Source: Blepharisma stoltei ATCC 30299 (Eukaryota; Protista; Ciliophora). Taken from it: 64,000 nt of DNA. Within the stretch, counting starts at the first letter, position 1. Each line of letters starts with the position of its first letter. The DNA lies in NCBI GenBank assembly GCA_965603825.1, contig CBFDEM010000034.1:366971-430970 (forward strand), written 5' to 3'. Under the pieces are notes generated by a model. The model was not told where the DNA came from and searched no databases. It was given only the letters and a program-made list of their open reading frames with translations. The translations under genes and the position numbers were made by a program. Below, piece by piece: positions 10,671 through 23,338 of this stretch.

Positions 10671-13013
10671 ATGGATTCCCTTTTTTCAAGAGTCAGAATA
10701 TCGGAATCTCAACCCCCGATGATGAATTGCTGATCGAATATCAACTGAGAAGCACCAAGCCCTAGTCTAGATATTGGCGCGCATATAAATCCGTGATCAG
10801 CCTTTGAGAATAATTTTCTGAGTCCGAAACCGGTGTCCCAATCTTATACAGACCTTCAGACTCAATTACAACTACATCCTCAAGCCATGCAAACCCTTCA
10901 ACAGCTAGAAAGGCAGATTGAAGAAGAAAAAACACAGCGTATCCTTTTGGAGCATCGCTTAGTCGAACTGGACGGAAAAGTAACAAACCAGCAGGTTACT
11001 ATGGATGAGGCTTTGTCCCAGCACTGGAATGCTCTTCTAGACAGCTATAATTCCTTAGCAGACTGAGTTTTAACAAGGTTTATAGAGTTCGAAACAAGCC
11101 TCAAGCAGGCGGTTGAATCTGCATTCGGTATTAGATCATCCAAGTTTGCAAATGCGTTCATCGCAAGTCTTGAAGCGGTGCAAGATCTCGAAGCCTTAAT
11201 ACAGAGTCCTGAGCAGTCTCAGATACCGGCTAGGCAATTTTCCGATCACATTCCTGTCCAGCAACCCTTATTCGACCCAAGCCTAGAAGATAGGTTGGCC
11301 CACCAGATTGCAACGAAGGCAGACATAGGCCAAATTTTCCAGCTTGAGGAATCCGTAAGGAGGCTAGTTTTCATGCAACAAGGTCTCGTGGCAGAGCTGA
11401 AGGAAGAAAAGAGCGCAATCAGAAAATTGGAAGAGGACATGGAAAGTACAAAGCCAGATTTGATATTGGCACTGGAATTGAAGTGTAGAGAATACCAACA
11501 AGAGGTGGCGCGACTTCAGCAAGGCTTCAGGGGCCTGGAAAAAAAACTTAAGAAAATGAAGGAAAAAAGAAAGAATAAGGAGAAGCTGCATGATGAAATA
11601 CTAAAGAAGAACCTCATGGATATTATGACTCAGGGCAAAAAAATAATAGACCTAGAGAGGCAACAGCATGACCTGCATTATAAAAAAGTTCTAAAATACT
11701 TCAAAAATGTCAACAGCTTGGCCGAAAATATGCCTCAAGATAAGAAGGCTGCGAAGTTGACTTGATCTGGATTTGATGAGCTCATTGACGCGGATCTTAG
11801 AAAGTTCAAGAAGGACACCTATGAACAAATCATAAGACAGACTGAAGAATTAAAAGCGGAATTAATTCAAAACGTGGAGAAAACACTTGAAGACACAATA
11901 AAGACGAATGTTCAGAAGTTGAGAAAAAAACTGAAAGGGAGCCTTGGAAATGATCTTTTAAACCTCCAAGACAGGATTGCAACCTTGAAGGCAGTAGCGG
12001 GCCTTATGAGAGAAGCAGATATAGCAAAAGTTGGTGCTGAAAAGGAGATCGAGGAGAGATCAAATAAATGCGAGAGATACCTAGAAGAAATGATGGAAAG
12101 TCTAACGAGGAAGAATGAGAAATTGATACAGGATGCACTCCAAAATATAGAAGGGAGTGAAAACCTTCAGCTAGGTATTATTCAAACTATGAACAGCTTC
12201 GTGAAACTTATTCAGTCTCTACAAGACCTTTTGAAGCATGGGTCGTCCTCATCCTCCTCGAATCAGATTGAAGACCATTCCCCTGAGGAGGAGTTATTGT
12301 GGAGGAAAAGGCTAAAGCAGATTACCCTAAGACAATTTCGGAAGCGGGTATGGGGAGCTTATCGCATTTATCCGACATGGGCTAGAAAGGGTTTGGAGAG
12401 CCTTTGCCAAATTGAATTGTATGACCCCATGAATAAGGATAAGGACAGAGATAAGAAACTCCTAGACGATGACCTCTACAAGGACTTTATATCGATGAGG
12501 GAGAAAGGTCAAAATCGTTACTCGGAGTTCTACAGTGGGAAAACCGTAGAGATCCCTCTCCATGAAGATAGATCTGACCCGGAGACTCTGGAATTCGCAC
12601 TGAGTCTAATTGTAAATTTCCCTATTCTAGAAAGGGTAACGGGGGAGACAATCCGTTCAGCAATGAAGAACCTAGGTCTTCTAGTTGAGTTTACCTCTAA
12701 TTTTCCTATGAGGATCTCCTATATAGCATACGCGAGAAATAAGGAGGACAGTTTCACTAGAGAATTACTCAGACGCCTTTCACTTGAGGGGGTCCGGATT
12801 CAGGAAAAGAGAAGTAGGGCCTACAGTGGAGACAGAAGAGTGTGGACAATCCAAAACCGTCCAAACATCGAGGATGCAGGGAAGATCTTTCTTATCGACG
12901 GCTCAGTCCTGAACTTGGCCACAGAGGAAGGCATTCAGGAGGTTGCCAATAAACAGCCTAACAAAGAGCTGGAGACAAGTGCCTATATGGTATCACAGAG
13001 AGCTTTACTGTAA
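10671..13013 (+). CDS. Orphan 780-aa protein (coiled coil plus unknown C-terminal globular region), compositionally atypical
   Basis: ATG 10671 to TAA 13011-13013 is one frame with TGA=W at 10731, 10746, 10794, 11064 and 11763, uniting three track ORFs. No recognisable motif. Confidence 0.75.
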
Positions 13014-14340
13014 TCTTAATTGACTTTAATAATAGTTTTAATCCTTACGGCTTAACTTCTTTAGATGCAATAATACATATCGCTTCCTTCAAAATCCCTA
13101 TGGGGGAGGATTGCTTGATAATCAACATATATATCATTTATACCTTAAAATTCATACTTTACTCAAATTTGAGCCATAGTATGCGTAGGGTTATAAATAG
13201 TTATAATTTATTATAGAAGTCTCGGTAAATAAGTGTAATGAGTGGACATTTTAAATGCTATTATTTAATCAAAAAAATAGCAACGCTTGTGAGACAACAG
13301 TAACTGTAGCATTACTACAATTAAAGAAATAAGCATCTTCAATAATGTTTAAAACAGTTTCTAATGGATTTCCTAATTTGTTAGTGATGAATTGATTTTC
13401 TTAATGCAAAATTATTAAATTGCTTTTATATAAGAAGTTTAATAAAAGCCAATTTTATTAATGCTCATTAAGCGAAAATGGGGCATTTTGCAAAGCCCCT
13501 CAAAGCCTAACTTCTCTTGAATGTCCCTTTGTAATATTAGTTTATAACATTAATACTTTGGAATGATAAAGATAAACCTTCTAGTTATATATAAAGTCTC
13601 ATTTTACAGGCGCGCTTATATTAATAAGAAAATTACTTTCTGCATTTATAGGAACGTTCGGAATATTTGCAGTAAATTGTTTATGATAGTCTTTATCACT
13701 TAGTTTTGTTATAATATTTCATAGTAAAGCTGCTTGAATCATTCTAAACTCATCGCACTAGAATTTTTCTAGTTGGCATAATATTTTATTGTAAATAATT
13801 TTTAAGTTTTAACATTTTCTTACTAATCGCATTAATTGCCACTGAATTAATGAAGATCATGCTCCAAACTTGAATAAAGAAAAAAAAACTGGAATTCATT
13901 TTGATGCCAGACTAGAAATTATTATAAAATTGATGATGAATATAATTTTGAAGCTGTGATTGAAAATAAATATCAGAAAACCGAAAATTATTAGATCAGA
14001 TTTTCAAAGCTTAATTGCTGCAGCATGTAGTCTTGGGATTACAAAGAAGCTGCCAATTAAGCACTATTTAATTTTAGATTATCTGACTGATAATAGAATA
14101 GCTCAGAAATTTGACTTTTTTTTCCATACTGAAGGGAGAAGCAGGGTAGCAATAATCCATGAATATAAAGAAATCAATAACGAAAATTAAATGTATGCCA
14201 ATAGATATTTAAGGATAGCATTGAATCAAAATGATAAATCTGATTGAGAGGCAATCGATTACGATAATTAGGCATTTAAGGTCAAAATCACACTATTACC
14301 TCTAAACGACCAGCTCTCCGGGGAAAATTCTAAAAGCGAA

Positions 14341-14740
14341 TTTTTAACCTGCTCAATCAGTATCAAAAGCTTTCTGCATATTATATTTGCTATGTTGAAT
14401 GCTGTTCTTTTAACTCACTCTGAGATTGCCTATGATGCATGCTATATAATAATTATAGCAATTTTTGGGATTTTCACTTTGTTTAGGAAACCGTGTAATT
14501 ACGAAAAGGCTTCCATTTGGTGGTGTCTGTTTTTGGATTTGTTGTGAAATTGCTCAATTTAATGCAAATGCTGCTTAATCTCTTATCGGAATAGGTAGGC
14601 TTTTATTAGGGATTATAGGAATGATATTGAAATTTTCCATTTCTTTTGGAGTCTCCAAAAGGGCAAGACATTTTTAGCCTCTTTAAATTTCAATTGTCCA
14701 AAAGATCACCTTTCAAACTGGAGTGCTTCGTTCAGGAGTC
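14341..14740 (+). pseudogene. Decayed paralog of the 3' transmembrane part of the neighbouring receptor gene
   Basis: Translates to SIKSFLHIIFAMLNAVLL..IFGIFTLFRKPCNYEKASIWW and ESPKGQDIFSLFKFQLSK. These match TIKSFMQILLVILNVALL..VFGVFTLYRKPYSYDRASLWY and ETPKGQDILSLFKFQLSK at 18415-18790. In-frame TAA at 14560 and a frame change between the blocks. Confidence 0.88.
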
Positions 14741-15447
14741 AGAACTTTAATTCACTTATCAAAATTATGATAAAAAAGTGAATTTTTCAGTGAAGAAGAT
14801 TTTAATTAATTCATAAAATAATTTTTGAATTTTCTAATTTTTTAAAATCTGTTATAATTGTATTTTATAGTAAATTTATAATTGTTGCTTTAAGAAATTT
14901 AATAGTTGAAATATTGAGATTGTCGCTTTAAAATAATAAATATTATATCAGTGCTTTAATATACTTATGACTAAACGCATTAGCTAGACCATTATAATAA
15001 ATTATAATAAGGCAATTAATTTCATTGCTTCTCAGAACATCATGATTAACTGAGTAACATAATTATTTTTGGAATGCTAAAAGAAAATCGAATTCATATA
15101 AATTAAAGTTTGTAAAATTTTTTTATATTGAAAATACTTAAGTTTCTTTTTATAGCAAGAAGATTGATAAATTTTCTTAAGTCTATCATATAATAAAACT
15201 TAATTTAAATTCCTTATTTAATATTAAATATTGAAATTTTTACATATATGTTTTGCAACCTAATGATAGACCAGAATTTGTTAGATAATTTTCTTTAGTA
15301 ATAATAAAACATTCAAAATTGATGCTTTCCGAAAGATAAAGCAGAGGCTTAAAACTAGCAATCAATAGTGCATAATACCTTCTATATTGTTCGGAAAGTT
15401 TCTGTTATTTAAAGGGTGAATAAATGTACAAGCTTAATAAAATTAAA

Positions 15448-18400
15448 ATGCTAGGGAAATTCATTAAATTTTGGCTTCTGCTCCTTTATGGAATAGTATC
15501 GGGCCAATATCTCAATGTTCCAATTCTATATAGTCAATATACACCAAAGCCTGCAGTAGATATGATATGGAAAGAATTTAATTGTCCAGACATCAGTTAT
15601 CCATGATGCTATGGGAATCCTTATGCATTTTTCATGCCTTTTGAAATAAATGACGTAAAAGATTTTGAAGAATTCATATCAAACCAAGATATTATTTTTA
15701 TTTTAGACATCACTCTTTCGTCAGTAATAAGCTCCTACATCAGTTCGAATACAGAAATCTATCAATTTATCCATCTCGTTCTCGACTATACTCCCTCTAC
15801 TATTCCAGCATTAACTTATTTTTCAACTAATTATATCACTGGGTTCCGAGATTCAGCCATTTCTCTAGTAAAATATTTTGGCTTACAAAAAGTTGCTGTA
15901 CTTTTGAGTCAGGGAAACTCAGAAATGGATTTTCGAGTAGCCTCTGATATTGAGGTAGTTTTTCAAGCTATTCTTCCAGCTGAACTTTCTTATGAAACCA
16001 TTTATATCATTGTATCTAAACAGATTAAGCCACTTGGCATAAAAACAATTATTATTGCAACTGATGAGTATCTTTCTAAGCTAATCCAGCAAGCCATTTT
16101 AGAAGCTGAGATGGATAAGAATGAGTATGTCTATGTTTTCATCCATCAAAGTGCTTATACTGCTTATCTTGAAGGAGCATTTTTAATCGAAGATTATGGA
16201 TGGATATCTAAAGGCTATGTGAATTATGCAGCTGATTTAATTAATATCGCAGCTAGTTTTCCAATCAGACTTTTGTATTCATATCCTATTACAGGGTCGT
16301 ATTCATTATATACATATTACAGAGTTTTGATCAGTAATATTAATCTTTATAGATTCTATTTTTTCAATATACAAGATAGTGAAGCAATTTTGTTAGGAAA
16401 TATCGATAATAGGGTTGTTAACCCATATGGTCCAATTACATTCAGAGGAGGTGTGATTCCTGATAATTCAAAGATTAAACTCCCAATAAGTATTTCAGGT
16501 GGATATGCTAATCCAGATGGATCTAAATATTTCTTTAATGCAGAATGTCAATATGGGTCAGTAAGTGCTGTAAATGCTATTAATACAGAATTTAATATTC
16601 TTGAGAATTTTGATCTTATTATATACAATATAACAGATTGTGGGGCTTCTTATTTTGATGGTAGTTATGCAAGTAAATGTTTTAGTAAGCATAGAAATGA
16701 TTTGGGCTATTTTCATGTCCCTTCTCAACAAATTTCTATGATTGACGGTACTATGACTGTTTTTAAAGCTTTAAATATTTCAGTCCCTGTATTAGGTGTC
16801 CAAGCTTCAGCATCATTAAACAGTGATTATTTCCCTCAATATACAAGTGTGTCATTTTCCAACACTTATTCAGCAAGTGCCATCGTATTTCTTCTGGCTT
16901 CATATCGAATTAAAAGAGTTTCGCTACTTTATCTTGACAATTCTTCAGGAAAAAATTTTAAAAATATTTTTGTAAGCCAAGCAGAAGCGTATAAAATTGA
17001 AATTTTAAATAAAAATCAAGCAATTCCAAGTGATTATAATGGGACTGATAAATCCATGCTCCGAGAGATCGTTGATATAAAATCGAGATATGTTGTGATA
17101 GAGGTAACTAATACAGAAGTGTTTTCAGTAATAAATGGGTTCTATGAATTAGGAATGAGAAAAGGAGACCTTTACTTAATTTTTACAGGAGGCTTTAGTG
17201 TATCAAACTCCGATATCGTTGAAAGTGAGCATACACAACTATTAGAAATTGCAGATGGATCTCTTTATATAAGATTTTTGTCATTCTATGGCTCATATGG
17301 AAAACAAATTTATTCAAAATTTGAGCAAGAGTATGGGCTCGTAAATGATTACATGTGTCTATTTTATGATGCAACTTATTTAGGAGCTTATGCAATAGAT
17401 TCAATGATAAGCAGGGGATTTAATTTAAATAGCTCAGGGATTGAAGAATGGATAAGAAAAGTTCAGTTTAGAGGGTGCTCTGGAAATGTCCAAATAAGCA
17501 AAAGTGGAAACGACAGGTCTACTATAAAGGTAGGGGTTTATAATCTGAAATTAAATAATGCCAGCTGAGATATCACATTAAGTGGAGTTTATGACCCTAC
17601 AAAAGCGATAGTTTTAGAAGCTTTAGCTGATATTTCATGATATACTGAAAACAATGGGGTTCTTCCAAGTGAGATTATTGGGGATGATTTATCTTGCCCA
17701 TTTAAGTCTGATGAAGTAAGGTCATTCCCATATGGATACTTAATTATCGTTATCATTGGAGTTCCTTTTCTCATTTTTGACATCTATTTTCTCTATAAAA
17801 ATTTCGGAAGAAAATTTTCCCAGCTTCAATGTAAAACTGAAGAAAATATACTAGACACTTTGCAATATTTTATAATGTTAATTGAATGCTTGCAATACAT
17901 AGCTATTGGTCCTGATTTTAAAGATCTATTTCCTGAGTCTTTTAATAGAATCACTAAAATTTCAACACTAGATCTACGGGGCTGGAATCCAAAATATGAA
18001 TTCAAAATTTGGTACCAAATAACCTTAATGGAGTCTTTTTTAGGCCTTTGGCTTGTTTTCTTGGTTTTAAGTATTTTTGAGTTCTGGAGAAGATGAAAAA
18101 TATCGTTAATCATCATAGTCAGTGAAATTGGAAAAATCTGCCTTCCTATTATAGGAGATATTTTATTTTTGCCTATGATTTGGTTTTTATTGCTGACTTT
18201 TCAATGCACAGAAAGTATCGGCGATAAGTTTACAGAGAGTTTTCATAATCAAGACTGCACTGTTTTTTGCTGAAAAGATGACCATGCGAAATATGTAGTT
18301 GGGTCAATTTTTTCAATTTTGGTTTATTTACCTACAAGCTTATATTATAGACCTGATTTAAAAGATAATATTGGAGATATGGTTTTTCACTTTAAAGAGC

Positions 18401-18909
18401 ATCCTTGTAATTCAACTATCAAAAGCTTTATGCAGATTCTTTTAGTAATTCTTAATGTTGCATTGCTGCCTTACTCTGATACTGCTCATGCGGTCTGCTT
18501 TATTTTTATTATTGGAGTTTTTGGGGTGTTTACATTATATAGAAAGCCTTATAGCTATGATAGAGCTTCTCTATGGTATAGCTTATTTATTTTTAGTTGT
18601 GCTTGGCTTTGAATTTGCTGTGAGTTTGCAAGAATTAATGTGGTTTTTGGGGAATGCATTTTGGCGGTTGGCTGGCTTTTGCTAATTGCTATTGGAGTTA
18701 TTTACCAAAAACGAAAACTTCCTTCATTTTTGGAGACTCCGAAAGGGCAAGATATTTTGAGTCTTTTTAAGTTTCAGTTATCTAAACTATCACCTTCAGA
18801 AGCTGGAATTCGGTCTTCAGCAGTTTATATTTATGTGGACAATAGTAGTGAAGATATTGGGAAGAGTGATATTTATAGTGAAAATTCTTCTTTAAGATTT
18901 TTGCGTTAA
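15448..18909 (+). CDS. Membrane receptor-like protein: signal peptide, two periplasmic-binding type I (ANF-receptor/Venus flytrap-like) domains, ~9 TM helices (~1153 aa)
   Basis: Single frame with TGA=W at 15604, 17566, 17638, 18094, 18271 and 18610. ANF-receptor-like motifs (SLVKYFGLQKVAVL; KRVSLLYLDNSSG; YDATYLGAYAID; FRGCSGNVQISKSGNDR). Hydrophobic C-terminal third. Alternative ATG at 15424. Confidence 0.82.
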
Positions 18910-18973
18910 TTTAAAGTATGATTATAAATTTAAAATGATTAAGAGTTATCATTTAACAGATTATAAATTTAAA

Positions 18974-20947
18974 TTAGTCGACTTCTTCAACATTTGGCCC
19001 TCCGCCAGCTGTTTGCCCTCCAGGGAAACCTCCTGGCATACCTCCAGGCACTCCACTAGGCATTCCACCAGGACTTTCACCAGGACTTTCACCAGTAGTT
19101 CCGCCTTGTTGGTAAATTTTTGCCATAATAGGATTACTCACCCTTTCCAATTCTTTTTGTTTTTCTTCATACTGATCCACCCTTGCACCCGGATTTTCTT
19201 CTACCCACTTCAAAATTTCTCTGATTTTCCATTCTAAGCTTGACAATTCAGACTGTGGAATTTTTGCCTTGACACTATTATCAGTTGTACTATTCCTCAA
19301 ATTATATGCAAATCCTTCAAGGCTATTTCTGGCTTCAACTCTTTTCCTTTGCTCTTCATCTTGGGACTTATATCTTTCAGACTCGTTTACCATTCTATCA
19401 ATTTCGTCTTTTGATAATCTTCCTTTATCATTAGTAATGGTAATTCTTTCAGATTTTCCTGTACCTTTATCTATAGCATGGACATTTAAAATGCCGTTAG
19501 CATCAATATCAAAGGACACTTCTATTTGTGGGACTCCTCTGGGAGACGGAGGGATGCCTTCAAGATTAAATTTTCCTAACAAATGGTTGTCATGAGTCAT
19601 TGACCTTTCTCCTTCATAAACTTGTATACAAACCCCAGGCTGGTTATCAGAGTAAGTAGTGAAAACTTGTGTCTTTTTGGTAGGAATTGTAGAATTCCTA
19701 GGTATCAAGACAGTCATAACACCACCTGCCGTTTCAATCCCAAGTGAAAGCGGAGTTACATCAAGTAATAAAACATCACGAATCTGACTTGAGCCTTCAC
19801 CTGTTAAAATTGCTCCTTGGACAGCAGCCCCATAAGCTACAGCTTCATCTGGATTAATAGATTTGCAAGGCTCTTTTCCTCCAAAATAATCTTGTATCAG
19901 CTGCTGCACCTTCGGAATTCTTGTAGAGCCTCCGACTAAAACTACTTCATTTATCTGATTTTTCGATAAATTTGCATCATTAAGGACTCTTTCTACAGGA
20001 TCGAGGCATCCTCTGAAATAATCCATATTTAATTCTTCAAATTTGGCTCGGGTAATAATAGTATTGTAATCAATTCCTTCAGACAGTGCATCAATTTCAA
20101 TACTAGCTTGAGTTGCTGACGATAAAGTCCTTTTTGCTCTTTCACAAGCAGTCCTGAGTCTTCTTAAAGCTCTATTATTGCCTCTTAAGTCGACGCCTTT
20201 TTTCTTTTTAAAGTCATCTACACACCAGTCTACAAGCCTATTGTCGAAATCTTCGCCTCCTAAGTGAGTATTTCCAGCTGTAGCTTTTACCTCAAAAATC
20301 CTTTCTTCTATTGTCAATAATGACACATCAAAAGTGCCTCCTCCCAAGTCAAAAATCAAAATATTCTTTTCTCCTTGGCCTTTTTTATCTAGCCCATACG
20401 CAATAGCAGCAGCTGTAGGCTCATTAATAATTCTTTTCACGTCAATCCCTGCAATAATCCCTGCGTCCTTAGTCGCCTGTCTTTGAGAGTCGTTAAAATA
20501 AGCGGGAACTGTAATAACAGCACTTTTCAATGATTTTCCTAAATAAGCTTCAGCGATTTCTTTCATTTTGGTAAGCACCATGGCTGAGATTTCTTCTGCG
20601 TAAAACCTTTTTTCTTCTCCTCTGAATCTTACAACCACTTGGGGCTTGTCGTCAGGACCTCTGATGACTTTAAATGGCCATAGCTTCATGTCTGACTGCA
20701 CTATAGGGTCATTATATTTCCGGCCTATTAGTCTTTTGGCATCAAAGACGGTATTTTCTGGGTTTCTTGCGACTTGGTTTTTAGCTGAGTCACCTATAAG
20801 ACGGTCTGTATCTGTGAAGGCGACGTAGGAAGGTGTGGTACGGTTGCCTTGGTCGTTTGCGATTATTTCAACTCTGTCATTTTGCCAGACACCTACACAA
20901 CTATAGGTTGTCCCTAAATCAATGCCAATGCATATATCACTTGCCAT
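18974..20947 (-). CDS. HSP70: Cytosolic heat shock protein 70
   Basis: [40 protein letters not shown] repeats and terminal GPNVEEVD. Confidence 0.99.
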   Translation of the reverse strand: MASDICIGIDLGTTYSCVGVWQNDRVEIIANDQGNRTTPSYVAFTDTDRLIGDSAKNQVARNPENTVFDAKRLIGRKYNDPIVQSDMKLWPFKVIRGPDDKPQVVVRFRGEEKRFYAEEISAMVLTKMKEIAEAYLGKSLKSAVITVPAYFNDSQRQATKDAGIIAGIDVKRIINEPTAAAIAYGLDKKGQGEKNILIFDLGGGTFDVSLLTIEERIFEVKATAGNTHLGGEDFDNRLVDWCVDDFKKKKGVDLRGNNRALRRLRTACERAKRTLSSATQASIEIDALSEGIDYNTIITRAKFEELNMDYFRGCLDPVERVLNDANLSKNQINEVVLVGGSTRIPKVQQLIQDYFGGKEPCKSINPDEAVAYGAAVQGAILTGEGSSQIRDVLLLDVTPLSLGIETAGGVMTVLIPRNSTIPTKKTQVFTTYSDNQPGVCIQVYEGERSMTHDNHLLGKFNLEGIPPSPRGVPQIEVSFDIDANGILNVHAIDKGTGKSERITITNDKGRLSKDEIDRMVNESERYKSQDEEQRKRVEARNSLEGFAYNLRNSTTDNSVKAKIPQSELSSLEWKIREILKWVEENPGARVDQYEEKQKELERVSNPIMAKIYQQGGTTGESPGESPGGMPSGVPGGMPGGFPGGQTAGGGPNVEEVD

Positions 20948-20994
20948 TTTTATTTTATCGGATGGTTATTGATGATTCGGAATTTATTTTTGAT

Positions 20995-21009
20995 AGAAAT
21001 TTCTGGAAT
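20995..21009. promoter_or_regulatory. Heat-shock element (nGAAn-nTTCn-nGAAn) upstream of HSP70
   Basis: aGAAa tTTCt gGAAt: three perfect alternating pentamers 48-62 nt upstream of the HSP70 ATG. Confidence 0.7.
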
Positions 21010-21598
21010 TGAAAAATGTGGAATAAGGAGGAACGAGGGTAAGTCGCAAGAAAATCGGATTTCAGAATGTAAAATAAATTTGTAAGGGTAATAGAAGTGG
21101 CTTGAAAGGCAAATGATTTTTTTTCTGAAAATTATGTCAGAAATAAATATTGGTAAATGGTGTTAAAAAATGTTTATTACTAGGGATGGCATTTTAATTT
21201 GATTAATAAATTTTATGTTTCTATTTTAGTTAGACCTAAAGAATTCTTTAGACAACTTATTAATAAGACTTTGATTTAAAGAGCGCAAAAACTTTGAATT
21301 AAAACAAGGCTAATTTCTTAAGTCGATAAATTAGCTTTTTTCATTACATTGATACTTTTAAGATGGCTCTTTTTCAATAAATAATTTATTTTTAAAATCA
21401 TTTCTTTATTCATAGCCTTTTTTAAGCCAAGTTCATATCATAAATTTAAAAAATCAATTTATTTTGACCCGAAAACTGATTTATTAGAAATTTCAACAGA
21501 CTTATGTTATCATTAAAATAAACAAATTATTAATCGTAAAATTTATGACGTCTGAATATGGCAACTCTTTCCATTTCGTTTACTTCCTGTAGAATAAT

Positions 21599-22921
21599 AT
21601 GGACATCCGATACTCTCGCTATTCATGAGTATTTCTTGGGATCATCATCTGAATCGGCACCATGAATAACGCCCAGAGATTTTGTAATCATTACTCAGGC
21701 ATCTCCTTCATTGCAGCAGGCAGCGACCTTTTAGAGGACACAAACACAACAAACACAGAATACGGGCTTATAACTGGCCCTGCCTTCTTACTTATCTATG
21801 CAATCGTAACTTTGCCAATGGTAATTTCTATTCAGGGCCATATAATCGATAAACTCCCAAGGCTCAAATGATTCATTTTAGGAATTTCTGCTCTTTTTAA
21901 TTTGGCAACAATTGCTAACGCTCTCGCAGAAAATTTTTTGGGGCTGTTATGGCCTAGGACTTTACTAGCAATTTTTTCTGCTTGTTTGGACCCTGCTTGT
22001 TTTAGGCTGGTTGCGTTATATTTTCCTCCACTGATGAGAGGCATTGCTTATGGGCTATTTATCGTTTCTGTATATTTAGGCTCTTCTCTTGCTTCTTTAA
22101 CGCTGATTTTAGCTGATTTAGTAGGCTGGAGGGCGTCATTTATTATTGTTGGAGCTTTTGGAGGAATTTCTAGCGTGGTTTTATGCTTATTTATAAAAGA
22201 CGAAAGAAATATTTTAGAAGAAGATGGGTTTATTGAGAAAAAACAAAAAACTGGGGTAAAAGAAGACTTTAAAGAAGTTTTTAAAAATAAAACACTGATA
22301 ATCACAATAATTGCGACTTTTTTCAGGTACACAAGTGGCTTTGCAAGAGGATTTTATGAAGCTTTATATTTCACTGAAGAATTTCCTAGTGATAAAATCG
22401 CATTTGCAGTCGTAAACGCAACAGCGACAGCTCTGGTGCCTATAAGTCTTATAACAGCTGGACGAGTGTCTGACTTAAAAGAAAAAGATGACAAGCCTAA
22501 ATGGCGTCCTTTGATATGCGCTTTTACCAATTTATTTGCAGCGCCTTTTCTATATGTCGCTTATTTTGTGCCCGTTTTTTGGGTGGCGATGGCGAGTGAA
22601 TATATAATTTTCATTGTGGGGGAGACTTATATTTCGATTTCGGTAGCCATGATGATGAATGTATCAACGCCTAGGGTTAGAGCTTTACGTAAATTTTAGT
22701 TAGAATCGGCAATGCTGCTTTGTGCGTCGTTTTTAGGGGGAAGCTTGTCAACTGTGACTTTAGGTGTTTTGAACTCATCAACTGAAGGTTTGAGGTATGG
22801 GCTAATTGGGATTGTGCCGACTGGATATTTGTTGGCGGGGGTGTTGTTTTTGCAAGTGTCCAAGCATTATCCGAAAGATTTGCCGAAAAATAAGGTTTTG
22901 GAAATTCCTGAAATAGAATAA
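21599..22921 (+). CDS. MFS transporter (Spinster-like), three 15-nt introns
   Basis: TGA=W at 21626, 21650 and 21869. Introns at 21684-21698, 21821-21835 and 22689-22703. Motifs YGLITG..F..YA..LPMGHIID, YFPP..RGIAYG, GWRASF. Confidence 0.85.
21684..21698 (+). other. 15-nt intron (in-frame, no stop)
   Basis: gtaatcattActcag, A at position 10. Confidence 0.75.
21821..21835 (+). other. 15-nt intron (in-frame, no stop)
   Basis: gtaatttctAttcag; removal gives LPMGHIID. Confidence 0.82.
22689..22703 (+). other. 15-nt intron
   Basis: gtaaattttAgttag; contains an in-frame TAG and joins two ORFs. Confidence 0.9.
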
Positions 22922-23338
22922 AAATTCGACAAATAATTATAATTATTAAAGAGTTTACTCAATTCAAATTTATCTGAATTCTAGTCTGCATTGATGAAGA
23001 GACCTGGGTATTACAAATAAATTATGAAGTGGCTTTTAATATCATTGATTTTGCTATATAAAACACATATGAATTATTACTATAATCACTTTTTAATACA
23101 AACAGAAAATAATTTTTTCTCAAATCATCCCTAATTATCGTGAAATTTTCATTTCATCATCAAATTTTCCTCTTTAAATTAATCCACATTTTTAATATAC
23201 CCATACTATTACACAGATTTTTGCTTATTCCTTAATTATTATTCTTCACTTAAACCTCCCTCACCACCGCTCTTTCAAACAAATAAATCCAAGCTTATCA
23301 ATAACATTGCGTTTTAAAAAAATTAACACTTATTATAA

